A DNA stretch of 64,000 bases, from IMG/VR virus record IMGVR_UViG_3300044911_000835, positions 1-64,000 of that record; one strand, given 5' to 3'. Of the stretch, positions 42,687 through 54,032 are shown in pieces. Numbering within the stretch: the first letter of the stretch is position 1; the number at the start of each line of letters is the position of its first letter. The notes beneath the pieces are model-generated. The model did no database searches and was not told the DNA's origin. It saw only the letters and a program-made list of their open reading frames with translations. The position numbers and the translations under genes were made by a program. Source of the stretch: a virus.

Positions 42687-43358
42687 TTATTTTATCAAAG
42701 CATACGTTCTAGGGAGGCAACCCAAAGGTGCATACGTGTATACATTGTTAATAAAAATATTACTATTTGTTAAAGAAAACCTAATATTTGTTAGTGATGT
42801 GTACGTCGCGCTAATTGTAAGCATGGCAGACAGCGGAGGCTGGCGTTGAAGCGGCGCTAGGATAGCAGGCTCTAGTGAAGATGCCGACACGTACAAAAGC
42901 CCACCATCTCTCGCCATGCCGCTTACCGAAACATCACTAACCCAGTTAGAGTTTGTCGGGTGCGTTGCAAACAAAATACCAATAGAGTTAATATTGGGAG
43001 GGGGATTGTTACTTGACAGCATGATGTTACCAGTCTCATCATATGCATTAAATCCATAGCCGCTATCTTGTTGCGATGGCGCATTTATGGCGTAAACTAC
43101 CCAATCCATTGGATAGTTTGTTGAACGATACAGAAAACCTAACGAACTTTCGCCTCTAACACTAATAGGACTGGCATTCAGTGCGCTAGGTCGAACAAAT
43201 AACATTGGGTTGCTTATAGAAGAGGGGTATAGTATTTGTGATCCAGTTGAATTCGCCGCAGTCGCTGGCGCAGTACCAGAGGCCATCTTCACAAGTCCTA
43301 GCGAATTAACAAACACATCATTTAAATTGTCTCCAATAACACTAAACCCGTATGTCAT
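42687..43358 (-). CDS. tail tip accessory protein
   Basis: MTYG and YG..AYD..G repeats typical of genes after fibre genes. Confidence 0.65.
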   Translation of the reverse strand: MTYGFSVIGDNLNDVFVNSLGLVKMASGTAPATAANSTGSQILYPSSISNPMLFVRPSALNASPISVRGESSLGFLYRSTNYPMDWVVYAINAPSQQDSGYGFNAYDETGNIMLSSNNPPPNINSIGILFATHPTNSNWVSDVSVSGMARDGGLLYVSASSLEPAILAPLQRQPPLSAMLTISATYTSLTNIRFSLTNSNIFINNVYTYAPLGCLPRTYALIK

Positions 43359-43651
43359 GCTTTTCTAAACCCTACAACATAATGAGTAGATGGAAGCCCC
43401 GCTAAGGAGCTTGTTCTGTTGACAGTTACGAGTTGACCAGCCCTAGTTAAAACAACACCAAACAGAAGTGGACCATTATCACTAATCAATAAATAATCAG
43501 TATCTAGCAATCCGGGAATTGTCACAGACTTTGAACCGAACTCATTTGAATTAAAACTAAACGTATACATCCCAATCATACAGAACGAAATATCATCAGT
43601 TGAGTACGAAAGAGAGCCACCACTATTGTATATTTGAATGCCATGACTCAT
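43355..43651 (-). CDS. tail tip accessory protein
   Basis: MSHGIQIYNSGG start. Confidence 0.65.
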   Translation of the reverse strand: MSHGIQIYNSGGSLSYSTDDISFCMIGMYTFSFNSNEFGSKSVTIPGLLDTDYLLISDNGPLLFGVVLTRAGQLVTVNRTSSLAGLPSTHYVVGFRKA

Positions 43652-46188
43652 GATACTGCCGCCGCCAAATTACCAATCTTTACGCGCAGCGTACCTGAAC
43701 TATCGAAAACGGCAATTACATCATCCTGAATAACCAAACGCGCATTGTTTACAGCAGACCTTAATCTGAACTGACCAGTACCCACAATATCCAAGCCATA
43801 CTTTCCAGCAGTCCCTGTATAACCAAGATAAAAACCCTCTGTTGAATTGCCCCATGTTTTTCCACTTGATTTGATTGCGCCGCCGCCTGACAGCGTAATG
43901 CCACCGCCTGTAATTGTGGTTCCGGTAGTCAAGGTGGCGTTGGTGCTATCCCAGCTAGAATTATTGATAAGTTGAGAAGTCTGAGTGATGTTATTTGCGG
44001 TAGTGACCCATGATCCTGCTATCTTCTGATAGAACAACGTAGTATCCGTAGCAAAATAAGTATCCCCGTTTGCTCCGGTAGGTCTGGCAGACAACAAACC
44101 ACTTGTCATTACATTGGCTGTAGCCCCTGCAGCAGCAGTACTCTTTTCCAAACGTACAATTGTTACCTTATCAACGTATGCTCCACTGACCGTACACGTC
44201 ACCAATGCAGATTTAGCCACTCCAAACTGCAATGCGGTTACTACTTGAGTAGCCGCACCTGAATTGGTAGGCACACTTCCAACAGGAAAACCACTGAATG
44301 ACCATACATAAGACGGGCTTGTTATACCACTCACTACTGCGGTAAAAGTAATATCAGGATTAATTTGTGGAGTAGGAACTAAATTCTTAGCATCCAGTGT
44401 TCCATCTGTTGCTGTAAATGCAGCTTGAATATTAGGAGTAACTACCACAGATGGACCTTGCGCTCCCGCCGCTCCCGCCACCGCGTCAATATAAGGAGTG
44501 CTCCACGTACCACCTGCATTGGTCGTAGAGCCAGCAACCACATTGAAAACAAACTCTGAAGCGTAAGTTGGCGTGGTGCTGGTGGGTGGCTGAGTGATTG
44601 ACCAATTGGTAGGAGCAGTAAGCACTGCCGTAGCGGCATTGAAATTACCACCCGTAGGCGCTGTTGCCGAACCAATCTGTCGGTAAACAGTGGCAGCGTA
44701 GACCACATTACCACTACTGCCAGAGGCACCATTCTGAGCAACCACTACAGGATCGGTGAAGGAGGTAAGCGAAAGCTGCGTAGCTGGCGTAGATGTGCTT
44801 GCTATCGCCGTCGTCATATAGACGGCTGAAGGATGCGCTGGCGTTGCTGGCCTAGTTAAAGACCATCCCGCTGTACCTCCAGTTTGTAAACCAAGCGTTG
44901 TGGTAGAAATTGTATATAAACAACTGGTTGGCTTGGTAGGAACACTGCCACCAGCCCAATAGAGTTCTACTCGCTCTTGTGTAGCACCATTTACGCCAAG
45001 TACACCCGCTTTAGATTTCGCTATAGAAAATACAGAAACAAGACTAACTCCACCCTTACTAGCGGTAAAAGTAACGGTGCCGGTATCAACACCAGTTAAA
45101 GCGGTTACAGTTTGTGTTCTGCTGGTAGTAGCCTCTGAACAGGTAACGCCTGCTGACTTAACTACTGAGTATGTCCATCCGTTAGTAGAATCATCCACCA
45201 CACCATAGAACACACTCATAGTGGTGCTACAGCCAGCAAAGTTACCCCCAGTTCCATCATTCAAAGTAGGAACTACGTGTACTTCGTTACTTAGCATAGC
45301 TACATAAGGCGATAAGCCTATAGCGCCATATAACGTCCAATAAGTATTGAAACTTGTTGGCATTGTGGGTGGCAGAATAGAACCACTAGAGGTATGAGCC
45401 AGTATGCAAGACCAGCTAGATCCATTATGTAAAACAATGTCCCCAATTACATAATCTGTAGCGGTAAGCCAATCCCCTTTAAAGACGTTTCTAGTCGCGC
45501 CCGCTACCGCTGTACTTTTCTCCAGACGCATCAGCGTAATTGAAGCTGTCATTTCGCCACACAATGCGGTAATGACTACTTGTTTCGCACTGCCAAAATC
45601 AGCTAGGTCGAAGTACATTGTGTCACCTCTACCGACTCCAGGCGCACCAAAAATGTAGTTCAACATAACCAGTTTGCCGTCGTCGGTCTTTGGAATAACA
45701 CCATTTGACGGCACAAATATGACTGGATCATTTACGCCTTGACGAACCACCGTAACCGCAATCGTTTGGCTTACAGGTGTGGCAATACCATCTTCGTAAG
45801 TAAATCCTTGACCACTAGAGATAAGACTAATAGAAGGGCCAGCAGCACCTTCGCGTGCCTTAGCAACAGAGAACCTGGTGGTTATATTGGGCTGTCCCAC
45901 CTTGCTTGCAGTGATATCCACATAGCCCACATCAGCGCTGATAGCTGTGACCGTGTAGGTGCTACCAGCAAGGTTGCCACTCAGATTCGTAGGGATTGCA
46001 GAGAACGTCCAGTTCAGAGTGTCGTCCACATTACCTTGATAGACACTCATGGTGGAAGCACAACCCACGAAACTGCTGACCACACCAAAGTTGTCAGAAG
46101 GTAGAAGGTGACTCTCACTAGATAGACGAGCATTTAGCCCGTCCATCAAGTCAGTGATAGTTATATGACCTGTTGATACTATAGGCAT
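43648..46188 (-). CDS. tail fibre / receptor-binding protein
   Basis: Ig-like repeats (LS.E.H), CBM-like W...Y..GD.V...W.C, C-terminal VFD..GTLRVKIGNL. Confidence 0.8.
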   Translation of the reverse strand: MPIVSTGHITITDLMDGLNARLSSESHLLPSDNFGVVSSFVGCASTMSVYQGNVDDTLNWTFSAIPTNLSGNLAGSTYTVTAISADVGYVDITASKVGQPNITTRFSVAKAREGAAGPSISLISSGQGFTYEDGIATPVSQTIAVTVVRQGVNDPVIFVPSNGVIPKTDDGKLVMLNYIFGAPGVGRGDTMYFDLADFGSAKQVVITALCGEMTASITLMRLEKSTAVAGATRNVFKGDWLTATDYVIGDIVLHNGSSWSCILAHTSSGSILPPTMPTSFNTYWTLYGAIGLSPYVAMLSNEVHVVPTLNDGTGGNFAGCSTTMSVFYGVVDDSTNGWTYSVVKSAGVTCSEATTSRTQTVTALTGVDTGTVTFTASKGGVSLVSVFSIAKSKAGVLGVNGATQERVELYWAGGSVPTKPTSCLYTISTTTLGLQTGGTAGWSLTRPATPAHPSAVYMTTAIASTSTPATQLSLTSFTDPVVVAQNGASGSSGNVVYAATVYRQIGSATAPTGGNFNAATAVLTAPTNWSITQPPTSTTPTYASEFVFNVVAGSTTNAGGTWSTPYIDAVAGAAGAQGPSVVVTPNIQAAFTATDGTLDAKNLVPTPQINPDITFTAVVSGITSPSYVWSFSGFPVGSVPTNSGAATQVVTALQFGVAKSALVTCTVSGAYVDKVTIVRLEKSTAAAGATANVMTSGLLSARPTGANGDTYFATDTTLFYQKIAGSWVTTANNITQTSQLINNSSWDSTNATLTTGTTITGGGITLSGGGAIKSSGKTWGNSTEGFYLGYTGTAGKYGLDIVGTGQFRLRSAVNNARLVIQDDVIAVFDSSGTLRVKIGNLAAAVS

Positions 46189-46189
46189 G

Positions 46190-47341
46190 TTAAGCCGCCG
46201 TGAAACTGGTGTTCAACATGAACGCCGTCTGTGCCACGCCACCGTTGACATACACCGCACGGTAATAACGTGTCATGATCGGAACTGACAAATACACGCA
46301 GGCAATTGCAGCAACAGCGGTATCTGCCGTTGCTCTACGCCAAGTGATATTGTCGTTTGAGCATTCAATACGTAAGGTTCCCGCTTGATCAGCGACAGCA
46401 GAAGCGTTGAACTTTGAGTAACGGTGAACACCGCCTGCGGCGACACCAATATCTCTAGCCGTACCCGTAACCGTTGCACTGATGGCCTGTGCCACTACAC
46501 TATCGTTCCAGAATTGGTTATCCATACTATTAGCATACACAGTGGGCATCGAAACCACAGCGGCTGCAATGGCTTGACCCGCTACACTTTGCCCACGACC
46601 CGCAGTAATTTCAGCAGTCAGTTCTTGGTAGTCTTGTATTGCCACAAATTGCAATGAAGCTGTAGTGGTAGTTGCTGGTGCGGTTGCACCATTTAGCCAA
46701 CGCACTCTGATTTTGTATGTTCCATTCGGATCAGGGATTTGCTGATGGCGACGATAACTATTTGCGCGCCCAGTGGTAGCGTCCAGTGTGCCACCATGAA
46801 ACCAACACTCATCGGCAAAAGGCTCAAGCTCATACAAGCCGGCTGATGCAGTGGTTGGAACGGTAGATGCAGCACTGTCTAAAGGCGTCAACGCGCTGTT
46901 CTGAACCCGATACTTGGCTTGAGTTGCCGTAGTGCCGTCAAACACCCAAGCGCAAGTATGCTGCCCATCTGGCACGCCTGTAGTTGAATTGACCGAGATT
47001 GCTTCGACAATAAAACTCTGATTAATGATTCTCTGGCTCAGTACGGCATTGAACGAAACCCTGAATGGAATCTGAAAAGTTTCTTTGGTTGTGATCGACG
47101 TGTCGGAGTTGATCGTCGTACCACTGGCGATAACAATATTGCCTGCACTGAATGTGATCGAACCACCAGCGCCGATTGAGTTATCCCACTTTGCACTATC
47201 AAGACTTGGACCTGGAAAACTGTCTCTGAATTTTTTCTCGATAGAACCAACAACTTGATAAGGTGTATGAACGCCAGCCAGCTCGACCGTTTTCATGGTC
47301 AGCAAACTACCAGCAGCGTCACGAACTAAAATATTAGGCAT
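46190..47341 (-). CDS. beta-rich virion protein, lectin-like
   Basis: FRDSF.G..LD..KW motif, T/A/G-rich. Confidence 0.65.
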   Translation of the reverse strand: MPNILVRDAAGSLLTMKTVELAGVHTPYQVVGSIEKKFRDSFPGPSLDSAKWDNSIGAGGSITFSAGNIVIASGTTINSDTSITTKETFQIPFRVSFNAVLSQRIINQSFIVEAISVNSTTGVPDGQHTCAWVFDGTTATQAKYRVQNSALTPLDSAASTVPTTASAGLYELEPFADECWFHGGTLDATTGRANSYRRHQQIPDPNGTYKIRVRWLNGATAPATTTTASLQFVAIQDYQELTAEITAGRGQSVAGQAIAAAVVSMPTVYANSMDNQFWNDSVVAQAISATVTGTARDIGVAAGGVHRYSKFNASAVADQAGTLRIECSNDNITWRRATADTAVAAIACVYLSVPIMTRYYRAVYVNGGVAQTAFMLNTSFTAA

Positions 47342-47404
47342 ATTACTTTTCCTTTACTGTCACCGACGTTTCAAACATCGGTGACAAGAATGACTTGCGT
47401 CGGT

Positions 47405-48877
47405 TTATGGGCGATTAGCTTCGCAGATGATGCGACCTTTAACGTCGATTTCGTCGCCAGTAACTAAAAGGGAGGCTCCTGTTTTTGTGGCCGAACAACC
47501 ATAAAGCCTACCGAGGCTAAAATCGTTAGTAACTGCCGGCGCTGGGAAGTTTGTGAAGTTAAGCCAAGTATTTGTGACCGGCGTTCTGATAGCTACAGTG
47601 CCGGCAGTGCTATTCGCCGCTACCTCGTAGTAGTAAGCATCGCCGTTTGGCTTCACGCACTTGATGATGTTGCCCGCAACAAACAGGTCAACGGTAATTT
47701 CAGGACATGAGAACGTAGCGGTCGTGCCGGTTGTATTGGTATCAATTTCAGCACCACCCGCCAGCGCAATCTTTGCCGTATCAATAAACGCAGCCCGCTT
47801 ACCGTCCTTATCCCAAAACTGATAAGTGAAAGTCCAGCCGGCTGTATTGGTCTGACGTATCGAGCCATAAAAGACTTCTGGGGTGATAGTCGTGTTTCCC
47901 TTGCCGTTCTGCAACTTATCACCCGTTGATGAATTGAGGCGAACCTCGTAAGGGTCGGACACATCGTAAACGGTGAAAGAATTGCTATATATCTTTCCGT
48001 CGTTATCGGTAATATCAACACGAATAACGCCCATATCAACAATGGCGGCCGGCGAGATTACCAAGGTATTAAACGCGTTGCCAGCTGTGCCAACTGGGAT
48101 ATTCTGATTCATATCCCCAGCAACTCCCAAGTGAATCGCTCCAGCCGCAGCCGTCCGCATTCCGTACTTCGTCGCCACACCACTAAGCGTAGAATTGATC
48201 TGATTGCCTGTCGCCGCCTCATACCAGCGATAGGTCACGTTGGTCGTATCAATGCCGCCCGGCCGCAACAGATCGGCAGTAATGGCGGCATAGGTGATTT
48301 TCTGAGCACCAGTACCTGAGTCAACGCCAACCTCAATCAGGTCGTTTCCGCGAGTGTTGATATAGACAGCGTTCGTTCCGGTCTTTACCGTACTCAGCGT
48401 AATCTGTGCAATGGTGTGTGAAACCAAGCCTGTACTAGGGTCGGTATAGTCACCTTCGAAAAATACGCTGAATTGGGCAACAGAAGCTTTAAGATTTCCC
48501 TTGATGCGGATATAAGACTGCGTGCCGTCATTTACTATAGTGAACGGCGTCGTGACATCGACATCTGAGTCATTGACAAAAGAAGTGCTGGTAGTCCCAT
48601 TCGCAAGTGCAGTCCCGCCAACAGTCAGGCAGAACTTCCTGTTAGAAAGAATGGGCGTAACGTCTTGATTGCCTGTTGGCGTTCCAACATATACCCGCCC
48701 ACGCAACTCAATACCCGTACTTGTATTTGCCGTAAACCAACTTGGCGTATAGCTTAGGCTTGATTCGTCCTTTGTATAGACCTGCTGCGTGCCAGGATTC
48801 GACGTGAGATAAGACGTAATCGGACGGGCATCGTTGGTATCGACAATCGTAATTTGACCAGTTGAAACGATAGGCAT
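47405..48877 (-). CDS. minor tail / fibre protein with Ig-like domains
   Basis: MPIVSTGQITIVD start, DVSDPYEV..SSTGD. Confidence 0.75.
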   Translation of the reverse strand: MPIVSTGQITIVDTNDARPITSYLTSNPGTQQVYTKDESSLSYTPSWFTANTSTGIELRGRVYVGTPTGNQDVTPILSNRKFCLTVGGTALANGTTSTSFVNDSDVDVTTPFTIVNDGTQSYIRIKGNLKASVAQFSVFFEGDYTDPSTGLVSHTIAQITLSTVKTGTNAVYINTRGNDLIEVGVDSGTGAQKITYAAITADLLRPGGIDTTNVTYRWYEAATGNQINSTLSGVATKYGMRTAAAGAIHLGVAGDMNQNIPVGTAGNAFNTLVISPAAIVDMGVIRVDITDNDGKIYSNSFTVYDVSDPYEVRLNSSTGDKLQNGKGNTTITPEVFYGSIRQTNTAGWTFTYQFWDKDGKRAAFIDTAKIALAGGAEIDTNTTGTTATFSCPEITVDLFVAGNIIKCVKPNGDAYYYEVAANSTAGTVAIRTPVTNTWLNFTNFPAPAVTNDFSLGRLYGCSATKTGASLLVTGDEIDVKGRIICEANRP

Positions 48878-48894
48878 AATTTATTTCCTTTTAA

Positions 48895-51800
48895 TTAACT
48901 TGAAATTTCACAATGAAAGGTTGCGCGTGAATGCACGTCATCAACACTTACTAGAATTTGTTTATAACCAGCCCCGTATAGCGCATTCCAACTTGCGTCA
49001 TCATAAGGCGCTCCTTGCGGAATGATCGAGGTTCGTGTCCATTTGAATTTCGACGGGGTGATTTCATCAGTAACCTCAACACCATTTCGGAACACTCGGG
49101 CCTTTAATGTTGTCTGCTGACCTCCCCCTACTCGGAAAATAATGCCGTTGGAACTTTCTATGATTACATCGTAATCAATACCATCTTCACCTTTGACTGC
49201 TGCCAATACCCAATTTGCATTTGAGGTTACTGGATAAACAGGTGGCTCGATTGAGTTGGTTGCTACTATGCACGACCAGCCATAACCCTGATGGATTACG
49301 CTATCACCAACTACATAAGATATACCAGATGACCATACTCCTCTATACACATTTCTTGTAGCGTCTGCTGGAGGCCCACTTTGTACGTATGAGTAAGGAA
49401 CGATAGAGCCCATGCCAACAGTTATTTGGCCACTAATAGTAGCATTAGTAAAGTAAGCATTACCTGCTTTATCAATACCCCAACCAGCGGTACCTTGAGT
49501 AGTTATTACATCATTGACAATATTACCATCAAAATTAGATGAAGTAATATAATTACCAATCTTAGCGTTAGTAATAGCTGCATCTACTATCTTAGCGTTA
49601 GTAATAGAGGCATCTACTATCTGAGCACTATTAATAGTAGCATTTAGAATTGTAGCTCCATCAATATAAACACCTGGATATACTGTCGTTTGATCAACTG
49701 ATGTACCTAAAGCAAATACTGAAATAGGTACTCTACTAGCTACTTGCCAGGTTACATTATTATCAAATACTAAATTACCTAGTACTTTTCCAGCTAAACT
49801 AATATTAGTACTAGAGTGACTGGTTCCTGCTCCTTTACAAACTAGCATTAGATGTTTATAGGCTAAGTCAGATACTCTAACACATTTACCAACAGCGTAA
49901 GTGGTATTCCTAGCAATTAAATCTAAAGAACTATCTGGAGTAGTAACAGCGAATTCATTTGCAGACACAATAAATCTGGAAGTCGTGGCGTCATTATACA
50001 ACCCATAACCAGCTACTTTACCCCCAGAATCTATTTTTACAGAATAGGTTCCAATTAGTCCATCTGTTACGCCATCTATACCAAATACAGCTTCATCTAC
50101 ACTATCTAATGTTTCATTTAGATCTGCGTGTAACTCTGAGGATGTAATACTACCTGCTATTAATCCTAATACTTCAGGGGTACCAATCCTAGTAGTTACC
50201 TTTAGACCTTTATCTTCACTAAAGGGGTAATAAATCGATGTATTACCTCTAGTATCCTTGACTCTTAACCAGTAATAAACTGTTTGTTCAGAACCTAGTT
50301 CAGTATGTGTATACGTTGATGTAGGATAAGCTAAGCTAATAAGTTTTGTAGCAGAGGTTCTATTATTGGTAGAAGCAGACCATATTTCAGTCTCTAAAGT
50401 ACCAACCTTAGTTTCCTGAAATTCCCACCCCAAACTATTTTGGTTTAACTCTCCACTACTTCTAACGTCTACTACAGGTAAGGGTGCTGTAATATGAATG
50501 TCTAGTATAGTAGGATTAGTATAATCTCCACTGTTAAATACAGCTATAATCCAATAAGTATAAGTACCTACAGTATTCTCGGTAATAGCTTGACTTCTAC
50601 TTGTAATACCACTATATACTACAGAACTAGTTTCATAACTAGCACCTTTACTAATAGTATACGTTACTAGCTCAATACTTGGGTAGGCATCCCATTCTAA
50701 CAATAAGTCTGTAGGCCTTAGAGTACTTCTAAAGTTGGCTACCATCGAACTACCAACAGCTTCAGGAGTATGATCAATAGTAAACCCGTAAGCAGTAGTA
50801 CTAGGGCCTGCTTTACCAATTATATTAAATGGAGTTATTTTTATAGCATATTCTTCATTAGCAGATAAGTCATAAAATGTATAATTAAGCTCAGCCTTCT
50901 TAGTATACACTTCTACCCAGTTACCTGAATTACGCTTAATTTCTAATGTGTAGCTAGATGCGTATAATGCTGCTGAAAAGCCCACGGTTAGACTAGTTCT
51001 GAGAATGTCAGAACTATCACGGTAGGTTCCACTTGAGGATACTATACTTTCGAGGCTAACTGCTTCAGGTAGAGCAGATAAAGTGGAGTAAGTCCTTTCT
51101 TCTAATTGGATATTATTTTCAATGAATGCAAACTTATCAGGGTTATGCAGCATTGCGGATATTTCATAAACTCCAATACTATCAGATTCTTTTAATGAAA
51201 CTACTCTATATAGTTTTTCATTTAAACTAGTACTATAAATAGACCAAGTAGCTCCAACTAATAAGTTAGTTGGAACTCCAGATAGAGTTAAAGTTTCATA
51301 ACTACCGGGAATATTGGTAATAGTAAATGTTTGAGTATAATACGAAGGATTAGTACCAATCTGATCGGAGGCAGTAATTTCATCGGTTGGAGAATAGTTG
51401 GGGTTATGAGTGCTTAGTCTAACAGAATAGGTCTGTCCTGTCGCTAGTGTTACTTCCCTATCTAGAGATATAGTATTAGTAAGGGACGAAACTATTCTAC
51501 CACTATATTCTACACCTACTAAAGCTTCATCAAATACTTTTATAATAGTACCTGGTGTGCAATATACAGAATCTAGTCCTGCGGAAAAACTAACAATATT
51601 AGATTCTACCCTTTCAGTATATAGTAGCCAGTTTCCTGCACGAACAGCCTGACCTCTAGAAGTACATCCAAAAGCAATTATCTCAGAAGGATTATAACCA
51701 TAGCGCTCTATTCCTAATCTATCTTCTACATACTCAATCTTTTGTTGGTATAAAGCTTGAGGATCATTCCAGGTAACCAATGCAGCAGTATGTACAACTT

Positions 51801-53052
51801 TCTTTGAAGCACCCGAATACGTAAATGTACCTCCTACTACATTACTATTAGTAAATTGTAGAGTAGGCGTACTACTAGAAGAGTCTTGTTCAGTATGTAA
51901 AGTGCCATTAGTCCAGTAAATCATTCCACGGAAGGCACTGGCAATGTCATATAGGAGTTTAATAGCTTCTTGACGTTCTTGAATATAAGTATTTAGAGTA
52001 AAACGAGGTTCGAGTATATCTGTACCTTCAGTAGTCTTGAACCCTGTAGGTACTGACTGGTCACAATACTGTGCAATAGTATATAATGACCACTTATCTA
52101 CTAAGTCTTCTGATATATATTCACCAAGTCCGTAGCGCTCATTAGTAATAAGGTCGTAGTAACACCATGCAGGATTGTTAGTCCAAGCATAGTCAAACGT
52201 ACCATCCCAAATACCAGTATATTCTCTAGTTTCTGGATTATAATTACTAGGAATTTTTACTTTTAGTAACTTTACGTGATAGCCGCGTTTAGGTATAGAG
52301 TTAAACTGAGAGGAAGCCATTCTCATAGCACATAGTGCTGAGTTGGGATACCTCATCTTAGTATTTGATACCTTAGTAAAGCTAGAAAACTTTAATGTAT
52401 TCTGGAGCTTTAATGTCGTAGAATCCTTAGTAAGTTTTGTTACTTTAATGGCGAAGAATTCATTTGCCATCCCAGGGGTACGTGGCAACTCAATAAGATA
52501 ACTAAGTTGATAATTAGATGTAGTTTTTCCAATAACTGTTCTCTTTACAGCACTAATTGGAGAATTACCTAGACCATTCTTAATTATATCGATGTTAAAT
52601 TGTACTTCTGAACCATTAGTATCACCATTATCTGCGTAGTGCACTAAGGCGGGAATATCTATAGTTACTCTTACAAAGTCTACATTTTCCTCGGCGGAAG
52701 TTACAACAGTTTCCGTTACTGGGGAAGAAAACTTTACTTCTCTTCCAACAGGAATTTCAGCCTGAGGGACTTCAAAACCTGGAATATACTCCTGATCTTG
52801 AGTACCTGTTCTAAAATAGTACTGGAAGCCACTTTCTTCATAGTTAAAGGTACCATCAGAATTTTGGATAGGGGTATCATTAATGTAGATAGATTTTATA
52901 CCGTCTACTAAACCAACTATCTCACCTTCACACAATAGATCAACTACTTCCGCAAAGGATTGAGATTTAAGAGTATCTGGGCTCTCTACTGGAGTATGAC
53001 TACCTCCTCCTTTACCTCCTCCACCACTACCAATAATTAAATTTGTATTCAT
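48895..53052 (-). CDS. central tail fibre / tip attachment protein (lambda J-like)
   Basis: DLLCEGEI.G, YPNSAL, WTNNPAWC, GCTSRGQA.R.G.W, FN3 domains, YSVKI..G..AG.GL, I.NAKI repeats. Confidence 0.93.
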   Translation of the reverse strand: MNTNLIIGSGGGGKGGGSHTPVESPDTLKSQSFAEVVDLLCEGEIVGLVDGIKSIYINDTPIQNSDGTFNYEESGFQYYFRTGTQDQEYIPGFEVPQAEIPVGREVKFSSPVTETVVTSAEENVDFVRVTIDIPALVHYADNGDTNGSEVQFNIDIIKNGLGNSPISAVKRTVIGKTTSNYQLSYLIELPRTPGMANEFFAIKVTKLTKDSTTLKLQNTLKFSSFTKVSNTKMRYPNSALCAMRMASSQFNSIPKRGYHVKLLKVKIPSNYNPETREYTGIWDGTFDYAWTNNPAWCYYDLITNERYGLGEYISEDLVDKWSLYTIAQYCDQSVPTGFKTTEGTDILEPRFTLNTYIQERQEAIKLLYDIASAFRGMIYWTNGTLHTEQDSSSSTPTLQFTNSNVVGGTFTYSGASKKVVHTAALVTWNDPQALYQQKIEYVEDRLGIERYGYNPSEIIAFGCTSRGQAVRAGNWLLYTERVESNIVSFSAGLDSVYCTPGTIIKVFDEALVGVEYSGRIVSSLTNTISLDREVTLATGQTYSVRLSTHNPNYSPTDEITASDQIGTNPSYYTQTFTITNIPGSYETLTLSGVPTNLLVGATWSIYSTSLNEKLYRVVSLKESDSIGVYEISAMLHNPDKFAFIENNIQLEERTYSTLSALPEAVSLESIVSSSGTYRDSSDILRTSLTVGFSAALYASSYTLEIKRNSGNWVEVYTKKAELNYTFYDLSANEEYAIKITPFNIIGKAGPSTTAYGFTIDHTPEAVGSSMVANFRSTLRPTDLLLEWDAYPSIELVTYTISKGASYETSSVVYSGITSRSQAITENTVGTYTYWIIAVFNSGDYTNPTILDIHITAPLPVVDVRSSGELNQNSLGWEFQETKVGTLETEIWSASTNNRTSATKLISLAYPTSTYTHTELGSEQTVYYWLRVKDTRGNTSIYYPFSEDKGLKVTTRIGTPEVLGLIAGSITSSELHADLNETLDSVDEAVFGIDGVTDGLIGTYSVKIDSGGKVAGYGLYNDATTSRFIVSANEFAVTTPDSSLDLIARNTTYAVGKCVRVSDLAYKHLMLVCKGAGTSHSSTNISLAGKVLGNLVFDNNVTWQVASRVPISVFALGTSVDQTTVYPGVYIDGATILNATINSAQIVDASITNAKIVDAAITNAKIGNYITSSNFDGNIVNDVITTQGTAGWGIDKAGNAYFTNATISGQITVGMGSIVPYSYVQSGPPADATRNVYRGVWSSGISYVVGDSVIHQGYGWSCIVATNSIEPPVYPVTSNANWVLAAVKGEDGIDYDVIIESSNGIIFRVGGGQQTTLKARVFRNGVEVTDEITPSKFKWTRTSIIPQGAPYDDASWNALYGAGYKQILVSVDDVHSRATFHCEISS

Positions 53053-54032
53053 TAGGAACCCCAGCCTTCTGGTATAACATCTGAACCTGTTGCGCTACCA
53101 TAAGTAGCATTAAAACCTTTATTAATCCTACCAATAGCGAATTGCACTCGTGGTGATTTAAACCTACCTGTATATTCACTATAGGTGTACACTCTTGTGC
53201 TAGTAGACTCGGGATACTCTACATAGTTTCCAAACTCATCGAAATCATAGTACGCTGGGACTAATGTAACTTGATTCCAAGTATACTCACCTAAATTTGT
53301 ATTATATTTTATGTTCAGACTATTACTCTGATAAGTAGTACCAGAAATAAGTGTCCAGCCAACAGTACCAGAGGCTGGAAAGCTCCACTCGTATTTTTTA
53401 GTTCCCGCCCCACTATCTACACTAAATGTAGCGCTTACAATAGCGGAACCAATAATAAGCTCCCCATAACCAATTGGTACTGGTAGCCCTTGTGCTACAG
53501 TATTTACAGCACCGCTAAAATAAGTATTTGGAGTATTTTCTGTAGATTTTTGGGCTTTAGGCTTTGGTGGAGCAAATAGAACAGCAGAAATACCTGCCAT
53601 TACTAAACCTACACCAATTTGACCAAGAGAGGCAGCCACACTAGCAGATATGGCTCCAGTACTTCCTAGCCAGAAAGAGCCTGCAGTGGTGCCCGCGAAA
53701 GTAGAGGACCCGAGAACTGCACCTGATGCAGCACCTGCTGTCATATAGATTAGGAAAGCCCCCGCAATTATCATACCTAGTTTACCAGAACCAGCAACTA
53801 CAGGTATTAGATGAATATCTTTATTACCGATTGGTTCCTCAAGAGTATCTTCTTCACGAAGAATATCTCCAACCTTAATATGAAAGCCAGGTTTATGCTC
53901 TAGCATATAATTGGCAAAATTAGGGAAGTTAGCTGATAGTGCACGTATAGTTTCACGAATAGACTTAACTTCAAGGCCTATCTTATCCGTGAATAGCTCT
54001 GCTAGATCACCATATAGGTATACTGTTCTCAT
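53052..54032 (-). CDS. tail assembly protein (lambda I-like) with C-terminal extension
   Basis: V.LYG.L, PVVAG, FSG.VNT..QG.PVP.GYG. Confidence 0.88.
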   Translation of the reverse strand: MRTVYLYGDLAELFTDKIGLEVKSIRETIRALSANFPNFANYMLEHKPGFHIKVGDILREEDTLEEPIGNKDIHLIPVVAGSGKLGMIIAGAFLIYMTAGAASGAVLGSSTFAGTTAGSFWLGSTGAISASVAASLGQIGVGLVMAGISAVLFAPPKPKAQKSTENTPNTYFSGAVNTVAQGLPVPIGYGELIIGSAIVSATFSVDSGAGTKKYEWSFPASGTVGWTLISGTTYQSNSLNIKYNTNLGEYTWNQVTLVPAYYDFDEFGNYVEYPESTSTRVYTYSEYTGRFKSPRVQFAIGRINKGFNATYGSATGSDVIPEGWGS

